Part shown: piece by piece, positions 37,801 through 50,170 of the stretch
Layout of the letters: each line of letters opens with the position of its first letter
Numbering within the stretch: position 1 is the stretch's first letter
Source: Eukaryota sp. TZLM1-RC
Lineage: Eukaryota > Protista > Metamonada: BaSk clade
Assembly: GCA_040285825.1 (NCBI GenBank)
Contig: JAUPSS010000004.1
Location: 3,204,550 to 3,268,549 of the forward strand
Reading direction: 5' to 3'
Length of the DNA: 64,000 nt
The notes under the pieces: model-generated
What the model saw: only the letters and a program-made list of their open reading frames with translations
What the model was told of the DNA's origin: nothing
Databases searched by the model: none
Program-made: the position numbers and the translations under genes

Positions 37801-40800
37801 CAAATCCTGAGTCTACGAGTTCGTCGAAAATTTGGTTAGCGACCTCTAGCCTGGCTGGATTCAGGGTCCTGGGGGTCTTCTAACTCTGACGTCTTCATTG
37901 TAGAAGTTGATTTCCATGGGAGGGCAATCAATACCTTCAGCGTGAGGCTTGAGGGTAAATACGTCTTCGAACTCTTTCAAAGTTTGAAGTAGGGACTTCT
38001 TGAAATGGTCGTTGTCGAGGTTGATGGTACAACCAGATGAGTTGATGTGTTCCAACCAACGTGTGGAAACGTTGACGACTTCTGAAGCTTGCGATATTCG
38101 ATGGTCGAATTCGGCTTCAGGTAATAGTAATGTGCGACAGGCGTCGTCCATTCTAATATAAATGCCCTTGTTGTTCATCAGTCCAAGGTGACTCAGCAAG
38201 TCAGCACCAATGAGAATGGTCTCATGTCCAGGAACGATGCTGAACTTGTGTTTCACATGTACAATCTGGGTAACACAGCCTAGTCTAATACTAAGGGTTC
38301 CAGAAGCGGTACCAAGGGACTGTGAGGTAGTTCCATCAGCAATCTTGTAGGATATGGTTTCGTTGGAACGTGCCATGTTACAATTACTGATGACGTCTAC
38401 CGTGACTACTGAGCATGTTGCGCCAGAGTCGATTATGCCTTTAACCTCGACATTGTTGATCGAGAAGTTTAATTGAAGGCAGTTGGTTGTGGACTTTATG
38501 GATTGTACCATGAATATTGTATCCGAATCATATTCAGCTTGTTCTGAGAAGAAATTAGCTTGAATGTTGTGTGTCTTGGTATGTTCCAAGTTGGCCAAAG
38601 GATTGATTAGGGAATCTTTCCATGTTGTGTTTTCTGTGTGGGAATGTGTTGTAGTTGTAGGGGGTATGGTTTCAAAACTGCGTAAATAGTGACGGAAACG
38701 TTTATTATATGATGAAGAGCCTCTGCCTCTGCCGCGAGTGCCTCTTCGACTACGGAAACCAGAACCTCTAGAACTTCTGCCTTGAGCTTTGTGTTGAGCT
38801 TGTTGCTCTCTCCACTTTTTGCTTCTTTGGCAGTCCTCACTAGGGCACCTTTCAGTCGGATGACCCATTTGTTTACAGAAATTGCATTGGACGTTGGCAT
38901 CAGACTGAGTGGAAGACGGTTGAGTAGAGCTTCCTTCTCGTCGTTGTTGTTTTGGGCGCCTGCCAGAGCTGGAACCTCTTGGTTTGGGGATAGCAGGGGG
39001 AGAAGGTACCGTCTGTCTGCGACGGTTCTCAGTCTGAAACGAGATTCTATTTTGATACAAGAAGTCTACGTGGTTGATCTGCTCCTTAAAAGATCTAGCA
39101 TTACAGAAATTTTCGTATTCTATTTGGAGAACACTGAAAAATTCTCCTAGGGTGTGGCCATCTGAGTAATAATGGGAGGGATTGGACCAGATCCTGAGGA
39201 GTCTGTCCCTGATGATGGTAATACCGATGCTTTCAATAACGTGAGAAGCAATTTCCCATTCGGGGAGTCGGTCGACGGGGTTTCCGTGGATGGTGATGTT
39301 TCTCATTTGATGAGTCAGACCACGAACGTCTTGGATAGCGGTGGAACGCGTTAAGACTCTGCCTATGTTAAGCATGAAGTCTATCCATCTGTTACCATAA
39401 TCTCTCTCAGACCAATCCATGTGTACAGCATGAAGTGCGTCCAGGGCTTGATCCAGTCTACTGAATTGGGTTCTCCTTAGGATCTGTTCCCAAATTTTGC
39501 GTTCGTCTCTGCTGGTTGGGACCATGGCGGAGGAAATTGAAAGGCCAGTGCCTTGATACCTTAAAGCGTTGAGAGCTTCAGGTGTAACGCATTCAGCTAA
39601 GCCTCTAGGACTAATGCGCATGGCAGATCTGAAGAGATCCCATTCATGAATTGGTTCACTGTCGAACCGTTGATCAGATGCCAGTTCTGCTGATCTAGCT
39701 AGTTCAAGTTCTTCGCGAAGTCTAGCAACTTCGCTGGCTAAAGCAACTTGGGCAGGATCCTCGATGTTGCCTCTAGCCTCGTCTACAATTCTGTCCGTAC
39801 GACTCCAGAGGATAAACTTGTTAACAAACTTGAGGAGTTTATCAACGTCTCTCAGATCAGTCGCGTCGAGAGTTGGACGTTTAGGGCGGTCTCTGCGTCT
39901 GTTGTCTCTATCTCTTGATCCCACCATGGAAGATAGGAGGAGGTTACTATCGTAAGTACCTGAGAAAGTAGAACGTGAAGAACTAACCGTAGAAGGTGTT
40001 GGTTGAGCCGTGTGTTGTGAACTTGTTGAACCAGTGGAAGGAGGTGTGGGTGGAACCACTGATTGTTCCATAGGCTGTGCAGGTGCTGGAGTTTGTTCCA
40101 TTGGTGCTGGCACAGTTGGAATTGAGTCTGGAGTTGGGGACTCATCACTGACTTCTACTACAACATCCTCTTCAGTTTGTTCCATGGGAGGATTATGCGA
40201 GGGTTCTGTAGAAGTTTCCATAGGTTGATCTGTGGAAGGTGGAACTTCGCGTTGGTGAGGTTCAGGAGAAGGTTCTATCTCTTCAATCTGGGCTGGAACC
40301 TGGTAAGAAGAGATCGCTGGTTGAACCAAGCGTGTTTTCCCTATACGACCTTCTACCATTACCCACTTTAACATCCTGGATTCTATGCATCCAGGGAAAA
40401 CGGTGACGAGCTGGAGGGCTCTTTGAAGATTGCCAGATCTTCTGTGGTCGGGACCACAATATGACGCTATATGATCAGGACGTCTATCATATAGAAAGAG
40501 TCTTTCACCATATGTGGTCTCGGTAAACCACCACCCTGTTCTATAATCTCTGTCGATAAGGATATCGAGAGATGCGTTGTACCCAGGGCTGAACCTAGGG
40601 TATGGGCAAGGGTTGTAAACATTTAAGAAGAGGTTGTCTTCATCTCCAGCGAAGCGTCTGAATACTCCTTCTCGAGTAGTTCTCATGAACTTAACTCCGG
40701 GTCTTGGTTCGTGAGTTGGTTCTGGGTCATTCCTGGAGGTTTCTGGGGTGATCCTTTCATCGGTAAGAAATGGACCTATTCTGGGAGAGATCCATAATCC

Positions 40801-42003
40801 TAAGTCGTTCTCGACTTTGGGACCGTAGAAAGGAGGCCGTTTGTTGCTCATCTCCTTGGGAGGGATGGCTTCTGGATCCTCTGGAATGACTCGTGTGTCC
40901 CTATATCTAGCGTAAGGGTTGTGCTGACGGGAAGCACCATGATGAACACTTGAGCTAAGGTGGGAGCTAGTTTGAGAAGGGGTAAGTCGAGCAGGTGTAG
41001 AGGATGTTCCTCTTCTAGCTTCAATCTCTCTGTCCAATCTTTTTCTGTGTTCCCAGTTTCGTTCTTCTTGGAGAAAACGCTCTATATATTCTTTAGAGAC
41101 CTCACCAGGAATTTTGTCAATTTCAAAAGAAGGTGCCGTGGGAGGGACCTGATGTTGAGGTAGAGGGGAGAATTCCTTGGGAGGTTCCTCGTACTCAACC
41201 AAATCTGAAAAGATTTGTTCGTACCTTTTCCTTTGCTCTTCGGAAAGAAACGAAGGAAGGTTCGAAAGGCTAGGAATGGAATCACTAGCCTGGTGAGGGG
41301 AAACAGACAGATTATTAACTCCACTAACTGTTGAAGTTAGAGGAGATCCTGAAGTTGAGACAGCAGGATTTTGGATAGTTCTCCTAACAGTTGGAACTGC
41401 AGGGAGAAGCTGTTGAGAGTGAGAGGGTGGAACCTCAGAACTGGATGGAAGGGATGAAGATGGTACTTCAATGGCCTTCTTAGAGGAGGAAGAGGGTTGG
41501 TCTTCCAATCCTTCTTTTGCAGTGAGAGAAGGTTGAACAGTCTCTCTGCTCTGAGCAGAAGGTGAAGATGGTACTTCAGAACTTCTTCCAGGGAGGGGAG
41601 AAGGTGGGACTTCAGATGCTCCCAATTGCGAAGGGGGAAGAGGAGCAACGGAATCCTCTACGTCCTCGTCGTCGTAGGAGACCAACGAAGGACTTATTCC
41701 TTCCGAAGGAACGGAATCCTTGTGAGGGTTGTCTCCTTCCACAGGAACAGAATCCTGAGGAGGGGAGCTTCCTTCCATGGGAACGGAATCCTCTGGAAGG
41801 GAATTGTCTTCCATTGGGGTGGAACCCTCAGAAAGAGTTGCTTCAGGAAGCGCAGAAGCTTCAACCGAAGGAGGAGGCACGGAAGCAGGGTCTGTGGTTA
41901 GTGGTGAGGAAGAGGGACCAGTCTCTTCCTCAAGGATCCTACGTTGAGCCGGGGACGACCCAATACGTATTGATGGTCTTGGCTGTTGTGAGTTAGAATT
42001 CAT
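34876..42003 (-). CDS. Gag-Pol polyprotein, split by two 1-bp homopolymer frameshifts (G5 37871-37875; T5 35896-35900)
   Basis: CNFCKQMGHPTERC knuckle; IIDSGAT protease; LDLPKAFWQ/YIDD RT; CDASD/ELYA/TDH/ADMLSR RNase H; H...GH...CPSCQ zinc finger, DSFSRF/SDNGPEF/NGLVER integrase; GDYLGPF; IEKVL...VQWPG chromo-like tail. Confidence 0.93.
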
Positions 42004-42124
42004 ACAGTGTAGAGTAACAGAAGTGTAATTTATTACGAAGAGGAATTGTATTCTCTCTTCTTAAGCTAACAGGCGGAATACTAATAACTAAACTATTAAC
42101 TATAAATACTATTCAAGACTAACA
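41971..42124 (-). repeat. 5' LTR (154 bp)
   Basis: Identical to 34728-34881; contains AATAAA and the first ATG of the gag frame (42003). Confidence 0.95.
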
Positions 42125-42961
42125 AAAGTGCATGAAGATGAATAATTTCAAAATATATGTAGCTCGTTTAATGGTGTTTATAAAAATATCAGAAAGAAGT
42201 CTACGGAATACACTTTCAAAAACACCTTTGAATAACAATATTGTATCCAATCAATACACTTTTTAATAAAATAAATAAATAAAATAATTACTTGTTCTAT
42301 TAATCACTTTGGCTCATTGTGTACAAAATTTGATTGTTCTGTAAATCACAAATCATACTTCCGGTGATTGAATTTTAGTATATGGTTAAGATTTACAGAA
42401 TTGAAAATTCTGAATAATATAATCAGCTATAATCTTTAATCAATATCTTCTTGATCTTGATAGATCACTTTCAAAGCTGAAAGTTGTTTACTTATATTGA
42501 AAGTTACTTTTGTAAAAATCTCCATAAACATTTCCCCACCAAACTTTTTAATATATAAAAATTAGGAGAAGAAGTTGATACTTTTAGATTTTAGATTTAA
42601 ATATCAAATATTAAATCATCTTATCAACAATTAATATACATATAAAAAGATAACAATAAATTTAAAATTGATATTTTTTAATTCTTAAAAAGATAAGTTA
42701 CCTTTAAGTTTACTACCAATTTCATTTAAAATTGACATGGATTCTCTAATAAATATATTGTGTAATGAAAAGAACATCAAAAGCAATCAGTATAAGGATT
42801 AGACGTTCATAGGTCTCTTTCATTATAAGTTCATTCATATTCTGCTGAGTACTTTCCATAAACATTGTTCAATTTCACTTATTTTTGTTAATTTTATTTT
42901 ATTATTTTTGTCCAATAAAGCTATAGTGGAAAATTTATTAGTAGTGTAAACTTTAAATAAC

Positions 42962-43547
42962 AAAATTTGTTCGAATTCACGTCAGTTCACTTTCCGCCAT
43001 GCTCTGAATTGTTTTAAATTGGAAACTTATCGTTCATTATTACATAATGCTGTTTGAAACACTGTTTTTAATATGGCACAAACTGGAAGAATCTCATGTA
43101 TCAAAGAGCCTCTGCTGAAGGAAACACTGTCATTGAATAATTTTGGTTCTAATGATAGAGCTGATGAATACTGTGATTGGATTGAGTACTTTTAAGCAGT
43201 TGTTGACTGTTTCTCCTGCAACGTTGCAAATGACACTTTGGTTAAAAGAAGAAAACTTAATCCTGTAGATGTTCTCGAATTTAAAGCCAAAGAAAAACAT
43301 AGAAAATATGACAAAGAAATTGAAGAATGTAATGCTGATAGAAATAGACCACTTGATTTTATTTCTTTCGGATTTTCTATAAACGGAAGACTATCAGTAC
43401 AAGCAGGAACTTTTTTGAATGATTTCCAAAAAATGGTTCAAGAACAACAATGAAAAGATTTGATATCTTTTTGTGGCGCTTGCAGATTCAATTTGCCATG
43501 TTTAATAAATTGCTTCGGATTTTCAATCGAATTAGAAAAGCTTTTTC
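42962..43547 (+). mobile_element. Decayed family E RLE fragment
   Basis: Homologous to ~49475-50055 (HNAV, IKEPLLKE, KAKEKHRKYD, FSINGRL) with in-frame stops. Confidence 0.85.
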
Positions 43548-43790
43548 AACAACGGTTCTACTTTGCAACTAAAATTGTAACCCTTAAACATCTCATATGT
43601 CACATCACGAACGGCATTATGAAGAACTGACCGATATTGAAGAAATTTCTTACAACTTACAATATGACGGAAATTGGCAGTAGTTTTTTGTTACAAATAC
43701 AAACAAAATTATCCAAAAGACCACCTGGATACAGCCCCAATCTCAACCGCATGTTTTGTTTCCAAGCTTCATTTGTTAAGTGAAGACCAA
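43543..43790 (-). mobile_element. Internal family A fragment fused in opposite orientation to the family E fragment
   Basis: Reverse complement matches ~8446-8692 (ttggtcttcacttaacaaatgaagcttgg...gtagaaccgttgttgaa). Confidence 0.85.
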
Positions 43791-43791
43791 A

Positions 43792-44037
<246 letters not shown>

Positions 44038-44456
44038 GTTATTTGTTTATCTTATTTGAAAAATTATTGTTGTCTATTGGGATACTTATAACTTCCCTCA
44101 ATTAGTTCAATCTGTCTTTTGAACTCAGTTACCACATTTAGATTTCAACGACAACACTTTTAGCCTCCACCGTCGACAGTTGAGGCATAATAAATGACAT
44201 GTGTCGGCAATATGTCGGCAGGAATAATGGCACACTGACCTAGATTCCTTTCCGTCAAAGAAAAAGAAGTTTGATTATCAAAACCAATTTGTTTGCTGAA
44301 AGCAGCACCGCATCAGCTTATTTTAATAATTTAGGAACAAACAATAATTGACCTGATTTTTGATTTACATTTGGTTATTTTAGACAACAATGAGTGAGAC
44401 CAATTTGAAAGTAAGTTTATAAACCAAAAGTGTTGAAAAACACCATGCAAAACAAC

Positions 44457-44840
44457 CTAGATTTCTTGAGAAGCTTGTTCTTCGGCTTCAACACGAGCCT
44501 TGGATCCCTTGGGAAGGAGATCGGAATGAATATGAGGAAGAACACCACCAGAGGGAATCATGATGTGGGACAAGAGCTTGCTGAGTTCTTCATCATTACG
44601 GATAGCCAAGAGAATGTGTCTGGGGACAATACGGGTCTTCTTGTTATCTCTAGCAGCGTTACCAGACAATTCAAGGACCTCGGCGGTGAGGTATTCGAGT
44701 ACAGCAGCCATATAAACAGGAGCGCCAGCTGCAATACGTTCAGCATAGCGACCTTCACGGAGGTAACGACGGATACGACCTACAGGGAATTGGAGTCCTG
44801 CTTTGAAGGAGAGAGTACGAGCACCAGTTTCTTCAGCCAT
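44457..44840 (-). CDS. H2A: Histone H2A (SQEI), cluster 2
   Basis: Protein identical to 18648-19031. Confidence 0.97.
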   Translation of the reverse strand: MAEETGARTLSFKAGLQFPVGRIRRYLREGRYAERIAAGAPVYMAAVLEYLTAEVLELSGNAARDNKKTRIVPRHILLAIRNDEELSKLLSHIMIPSGGVLPHIHSDLLPKGSKARVEAEEQASQEI

Positions 44841-44989
44841 GAGAGATGAATTAATGAGGATGAGGAAATAGAATTTCAATTTCAACACGACAATTTTGAT
44901 TGTTGCAAGATTGTCATTTGTGGCAAAACATTGAATCAGCTTGTTTGTCTTGCAAACACTGAATCTCAATCACCATTTCTCTCAATCTC

Positions 44990-45424
44990 ATGCCTGGAAA
45001 AAAGTCTGTAAAGTCTACCAAATCCATCAAGGGAGTTCCCTCCAAAGCCCCATCAAAGGCCCCTGCCAAAGCTGTAAGCAAAGCTGTTGCTGAAGGAGGT
45101 GTGGTCGCTGCTGCCCCCAAGCGTAAGAAGGCCCGTAAGGAGACATGGGCTACTTACATCTACCGTGTTCTTCGTCAAGTCCATCCCGATACTGGTATCT
45201 CCACCAAGGCCATGGGAATCATGAACTCTTTTGTCAATGACATTTTTGAACGTATCGCCACTGAAGCTTCCCGTCTTGCTCGTGTTAACAAGAGAAATAC
45301 TCTTTCTTCTCGTGAGATTCAGACTGCTGTTAGATTATTGCTACCTGGTGAACTCTCCAAGCATGCTGTTTCTGAAGGTACCAAGGCTGTGACCAAGTTT
45401 ACCTCTGCTGGTGAAGCTGAATAG
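44990..45424 (+). CDS. H2B: Histone H2B, cluster 2
   Basis: Two substitutions versus cluster 1 (GGAV/GGVV, GEGE/GEAE). Confidence 0.98.
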   Translation: MPGKKSVKSTKSIKGVPSKAPSKAPAKAVSKAVAEGGVVAAAPKRKKARKETWATYIYRVLRQVHPDTGISTKAMGIMNSFVNDIFERIATEASRLARVNKRNTLSSREIQTAVRLLLPGELSKHAVSEGTKAVTKFTSAGEAE

Positions 45425-45808
45425 ATTTGTGGTATTTGGTGGTGTTTTTCAACACTGGATAAATTTGTTTTTTATTGTGTTCTAATTTAAAATGTTTTAT
45501 TGATGATTTCATCAGGATTGAAGTCTTTTGGGGATATGCAAATGACAATTGTTCAACCAAATTGGGATTTGCTAAACCTGTTGTTCCTAAACAGAACCCA
45601 CATTGAATATTTCAATAGTTCCATATAGAAGAACAGCTAGGTGCACATCTAATGAAGAACGACAACAAAGCCAATAGTCTACACAACCAAACCCCTAAAA
45701 ACTAACCATCCAACAAAAGCAAATGACAATTGATTCTCGTAATACATTTTCCCTGCTCTGAATTTCTGCTTAATACAATGCAGAATGACATAATCCTGAT
45801 CTACACTA

Positions 45809-46216
45809 ATGGCCCGCACTAAGCAAACCTCTCGCAAGACTACCTCCACCAAGACTCCAAGAAAGCATTTGGCTACCAAGGCTGCTCGAAAAGCTGCCCC
45901 TGCTACTGGTGGTATCAAGAAACCCCATCGTTATCGCCCTGGTACCGTTGCTCTCCGTGAAATTAGAAAATACCAAAAGTCTACTGAGCTCTTGATCCGC
46001 AAGCTTCCCTTCCAACGTTTGGTCAGAGAAATTGCTCAAGAATTTAAGGGTGAGTTGAGATTCCAAGCCTCTGGCATCTCTGCACTTCAAGAAGCTGCCG
46101 AAGCTTACCTTGTTGGTTTGTTTGAAGACACCAATCTCTGTGCTATCCATGCTAAACGTGTTACCATTATGCCTAAGGATATGGCCTTGGCTAAGAGAAT
46201 TCGTTCTGATTTTTAA
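45809..46216 (+). CDS. H3: Histone H3, cluster 2
   Basis: Protein identical to 19999-20406. Confidence 0.98.
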   Translation: MARTKQTSRKTTSTKTPRKHLATKAARKAAPATGGIKKPHRYRPGTVALREIRKYQKSTELLIRKLPFQRLVREIAQEFKGELRFQASGISALQEAAEAYLVGLFEDTNLCAIHAKRVTIMPKDMALAKRIRSDF

Positions 46217-46589
46217 TTGTGCTTTGTAGTTGTGGTGTTCTTCAATACTCAACTTTTGAATAAATTTAGATTTTAATTTTGTTTCGTTTAAAATATCATT
46301 ACACAAAATAAATGGCAAAAAAAGACAGCTACTATGCTTGTTAATTTTGTCGGTTTATCAACTACAGCAGCGTTACATATACTGCTGAATCAGCAATATG
46401 CGTTTCTGGCCTTTCAGCACCAACATTGTCCTAATTACCCAGACCATTACATCAACCAAGTTGAATAACCCTGAAACCCAACAATCACCATTAACAAACA
46501 ACAATTAATCTTGGCAAGACAATTTCCAAAATCAAACGCAAATTCCCAAACTCCTTTCAAATCTTGCATTCTTATCTTCATCGATCTCA

Positions 46590-46901
46590 ATGGCTGGCCG
46601 TGGAAAAGGTGGAAAAGGTTTAGGTAAAGGTGGTGCCAAGCGCCATAGAAAGGTTCTTCGTGAAAACATCCAAGGTATTACTAAGCCTGCTATTCGTCGT
46701 CTTGCTCGCCGTGGTGGTGTCAAGCGTATCTCTGCACTTATCTATGATGAAACCCGTACTGTTCTCCGTACTTTCCTCGAAAACGTGATCCGGGACTCTG
46801 TTACTTATTGTGAACATGCCAGAAGGAAGACTGTTACTGCCATGGATGTTGTCTATGCTTTGAAACGTCATGGACGTGTTTTGTATGGTTTTGGTGTTTA
46901 G
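46590..46901 (+). CDS. H4: Histone H4, cluster 2
   Basis: Protein identical to 20780-21091. Confidence 0.98.
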   Translation: MAGRGKGGKGLGKGGAKRHRKVLRENIQGITKPAIRRLARRGGVKRISALIYDETRTVLRTFLENVIRDSVTYCEHARRKTVTAMDVVYALKRHGRVLYGFGV

Positions 46902-47303
46902 GTTTTTGTTTTAGGGGTGTTTTTCAACACTTATAAATCCTTTTTTTTTCTCTTTTTTTTATATTTTTTCCTTGTTTCATAAAGAATTTGTTCTGTTAGG
47001 CTTCATCACTGAACACTGGTTGGAAGGAATTTGTTCCTCTAGTTGAGTTTGAAGATAGAAAGAAACTGCCAAAGTAAACACTACTTGTATTTACTTACAT
47101 ATTAATACAAAAGCGCACAAGCTAAACAAAATGACTAGATTGGATGAACATCACTGTCGTCCAATAAAAACGAATTTACCAAATCAAAACAATACTAAAA
47201 TTAAAAGAATAGTGATTTAAAAGATGGTAAATCCTTAATCAAATGATGGTAATGACCAATAAACCGACTTAAATTGAGACAGGGGAAAGGAACAACCCAA
47301 ATA

Positions 47304-48344
47304 TCAACCAGAAAGACCATCAACCAAAGCAACTGCAGCAGGTCCTACCATGTCCATCTTGTATCCACCCTCTTGCAGAACCAAGACATTTAAATCTTTA
47401 ACTAGTTTTCTAATGGTGGTGCCAATAGTGAAATAATCTGGTAGTAATAGTTTAAAACCTGAAAAATCTGTCTTGTCAGGGTCACCTTGACACGTGTCCG
47501 ATCCAAAAGAAAGTATCAAAATATCAGAATTAAAGGGTAATATAGCTTCCTCGAAAACTTGTTCCACCACTTTGACATACTCATCACCCTTCACTCCAGG
47601 TAATAAGGGATAATAGCGACAATTATCAAACGATTCATGACCATAGAGGAAAGGATATTCAAAACGTGGATCACAATGGATGGAAACAAAAAGAATATCA
47701 TCTCTACCATTTACAATTTCACCAATTCCGTCCCCACAATGCACATCAACGTCAAGAATGCAAACCTTATAACCAGCTTCTACAGCCTTTGTAGCTGCAA
47801 GTACTGCATTGTTAAAGAAACAGTAGCCAGCGTATTTAGAGTTTCTAGCATGATGACCAGGTAGAACACATGCTGCGAATCCTGTAGAGGCAGGAGGAAG
47901 GGAGAGGACTTGCTGAACTGCATAGAGTGCCAAGGAAGCGGAGTGTAAGGCTAGAGAGTAAGTGTAGTCATAAATGGGGGTAATTGTGTCAAGGGAAAAA
48001 AGGCCAATTTGAAATATATATGGCACTTTTCTGGTAATAGCCCCGGATGTTGGAGAAGCAAAACAATAAGGAACAATACCATTGAGGTCTTTGTATTGGA
48101 AATCATCAATACGACCATTTTCTGTCCAGGAAGAATAAACATTTTGTAAAAAATCAATATAGTCTTTGCTGTGAATACGGGAAATAAAATCAAGCTCTAG
48201 AGGTGGTTCTACATATATAGATGTAGCAATGGAGGAGCCCGCAAAGGACTCGACTATGAGGCGTTTCCTACGGACTGGGTCGTTGGTATTGCCAGACGGA
48301 GCTAGTCCGTGGTCAGCATTGTCATAGAAAAAGAGTGTAGTCAT
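47304..48344 (-). CDS. Zn-dependent HDAC-superfamily enzyme, acetylpolyamine amidohydrolase-like
   Basis: PGHHA, GYCFFNN, ILDVDVHCGDG, VSIHCDPRFEYPF, SFGSDT, QEGGY; intronless. Confidence 0.88.
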   Translation of the reverse strand: MTTLFFYDNADHGLAPSGNTNDPVRRKRLIVESFAGSSIATSIYVEPPLELDFISRIHSKDYIDFLQNVYSSWTENGRIDDFQYKDLNGIVPYCFASPTSGAITRKVPYIFQIGLFSLDTITPIYDYTYSLALHSASLALYAVQQVLSLPPASTGFAACVLPGHHARNSKYAGYCFFNNAVLAATKAVEAGYKVCILDVDVHCGDGIGEIVNGRDDILFVSIHCDPRFEYPFLYGHESFDNCRYYPLLPGVKGDEYVKVVEQVFEEAILPFNSDILILSFGSDTCQGDPDKTDFSGFKLLLPDYFTIGTTIRKLVKDLNVLVLQEGGYKMDMVGPAAVALVDGLSG

Positions 48345-48426
48345 TGGAAGAGAAAAAGAAGGAAGAACAAAGTTGCTTTTTGGAAAAGATTAGTAATTTA
48401 TTACTCATTTTATTGGTTATTCCATT

Positions 48427-50170
48427 TTGAGTTCATCAAGTGATGTAAAGCAAGGAGATCCGTTAGGACCTCTTTTGTTTTGTTTGGCCATTCATTTTAT
48501 TTTATTACAAATTCAAGAGATGTTTCCTTCGCTGAAAATGATTGCATATATGGATGATGTTGTTCTAATAGGTGATTTAAATATTGTGAAAAAAGCAACT
48601 GTATGTTTTAAAGAATTATTTACCAAAAATGGCCTCCGACTGAATTTACCTAAATTAGTTTTGTTATCGAATTCTGCAATTTCTACAATAGTTGATGGTA
48701 TTGAAATTCAAGCCAAATTATATTCAATTGATACTATTCGTCATATGGGTTCGTTCTTAGGAAATAATGATGAAATCACCAAAAAATTGTTTGAAAAGTT
48801 GAACTCAATTTCCCATAAAATCGACCGAATGATGACTTTAGATATACAAAAACATATCAAATTTACCATTATAAGACTGTGTTTTAGTTCCAACTTCAAT
48901 CATATATTTCGATCTACAAATTCTCTTATCACTAGGCCTTTGGCTCAGAAGTTTAATGAGTTACGTGCAAAAGTTTTGTCACAATTTTGGGATGTAAAAT
49001 GTTCCAAATTCCAGACCATGCTTATCTTAGTCCACTTAGGATTATGGTGGTTTATGTTGGACAAAGGCTTCTGTTCTTACTTCATGTGCATTTATTGGTG
49101 GATGCATTAAATGAAGAAATTTCAAAGATTGATGTAGAAAAATGGAGTCGATGCTTTCTCCAATCATTCAATGGCAATATTCCAGAAAAGAATCTTTTAA
49201 ATTTAAAATACACTCTCCGAACATTACAGAAACGATTGACTGGAATGGCGGAAAATGATCTTTATAATAATATATGCAGCTCGTCTGTTTAAAATCAAGA
49301 TCTTCACTCATTGTTATTGTAAAAGGGTGTTTGTGAAAATAGGTCATCAGATTTTTCACTTTTTGTAACCATTGTACCACGAAAATTTGGATTGTGTGCC
49401 ACTAATGAAGGATTTGTAACAAAAATGAAATTATATTTGAATATCCCCATTAATCAATTATTATCCAAAGAAAAATATATTTGTTCGAATTCACCTCAAC
49501 TCACTTTGCGCCATTCTCTGCATTATTCTAAATTGATAACTTATCGTTCTTCATTAAATGATGCTGTTAGAGACACTGTTTTCAATATGGCACAAACTGC
49601 AAGAATATCGTCTATCAAAGAGCCTCTGCTGAAGGAAACACTTTCTCTGAATAATTTTGGCTCTGATGATAGAGATGATGTTTACTGTGATTGGATTGAA
49701 AACTCTGAAGCTATTGTTGACTTTGTCTCATGTAATGTTGCAAATGATACTTTGGTTCGCAGAAGAAAACTTAATCCTGTGACTGCTCTTGATTTTAAAG
49801 CAAAAGTAAAACATAGAAAATATGATAAAGATATTGAAGAAGGTAATGCTGGTAGAAATACACAGCTAGTTTTTATTGCTTTCCCATTTTCGATAAACGG
49901 AAGATTATCAGATGAAGCAGAAACTTTTTTGAATGACTTCCAAAAATGGTGCAAGAAAATACAATGAAAAGATTTGATATTTTTTTATGGCGTTCACGTT
50001 TTCAATTTGCCATTATTAATAGATTACCTCGGTTTTTCAATCGAATAAGAGAAGCTTCAGCTAGACAGCAAGCAGATCAAGATTTTGTAGAGGAAATCTT
50101 GGTTCAATGATATTCGTCCCATTAGTTATGAATTAATTTAATTAAGTGTGCATGTTCAATCAATAAATAT
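48427..50170 (+). mobile_element. Longest RLE non-LTR copy (family E): C-terminal RT, zinc motif, RLE and 3' UTR; decayed
   Basis: VKQGDPLGPLLFCLAIH and AYMDD RT motifs (CRE-like), then NDAVRD, KEPLL, DDVYCDW, KVKHRKY, FPFSINGRL; several frameshifts. Confidence 0.9.

Larger units (their letters stand above)
34728..42124 (-). mobile_element. Full-length Ty3/Gypsy LTR retrotransposon (chromovirus-like), 7397 bp, 4-bp TSD AAAG
   Basis: Identical TG...CA LTRs; AAAG at 34724-34727 and 42125-42128; domain order gag(CCHC)-PR-RT-RH-IN-chromo. Confidence 0.97.

Noticed and set aside
37855-37880. Programmed -1 ribosomal frameshift in the Gypsy element
   Set aside because: Break lies after the protease, in a C5 run with no X XXY YYZ slippery heptamer; a second homopolymer break inside integrase favours indel or error
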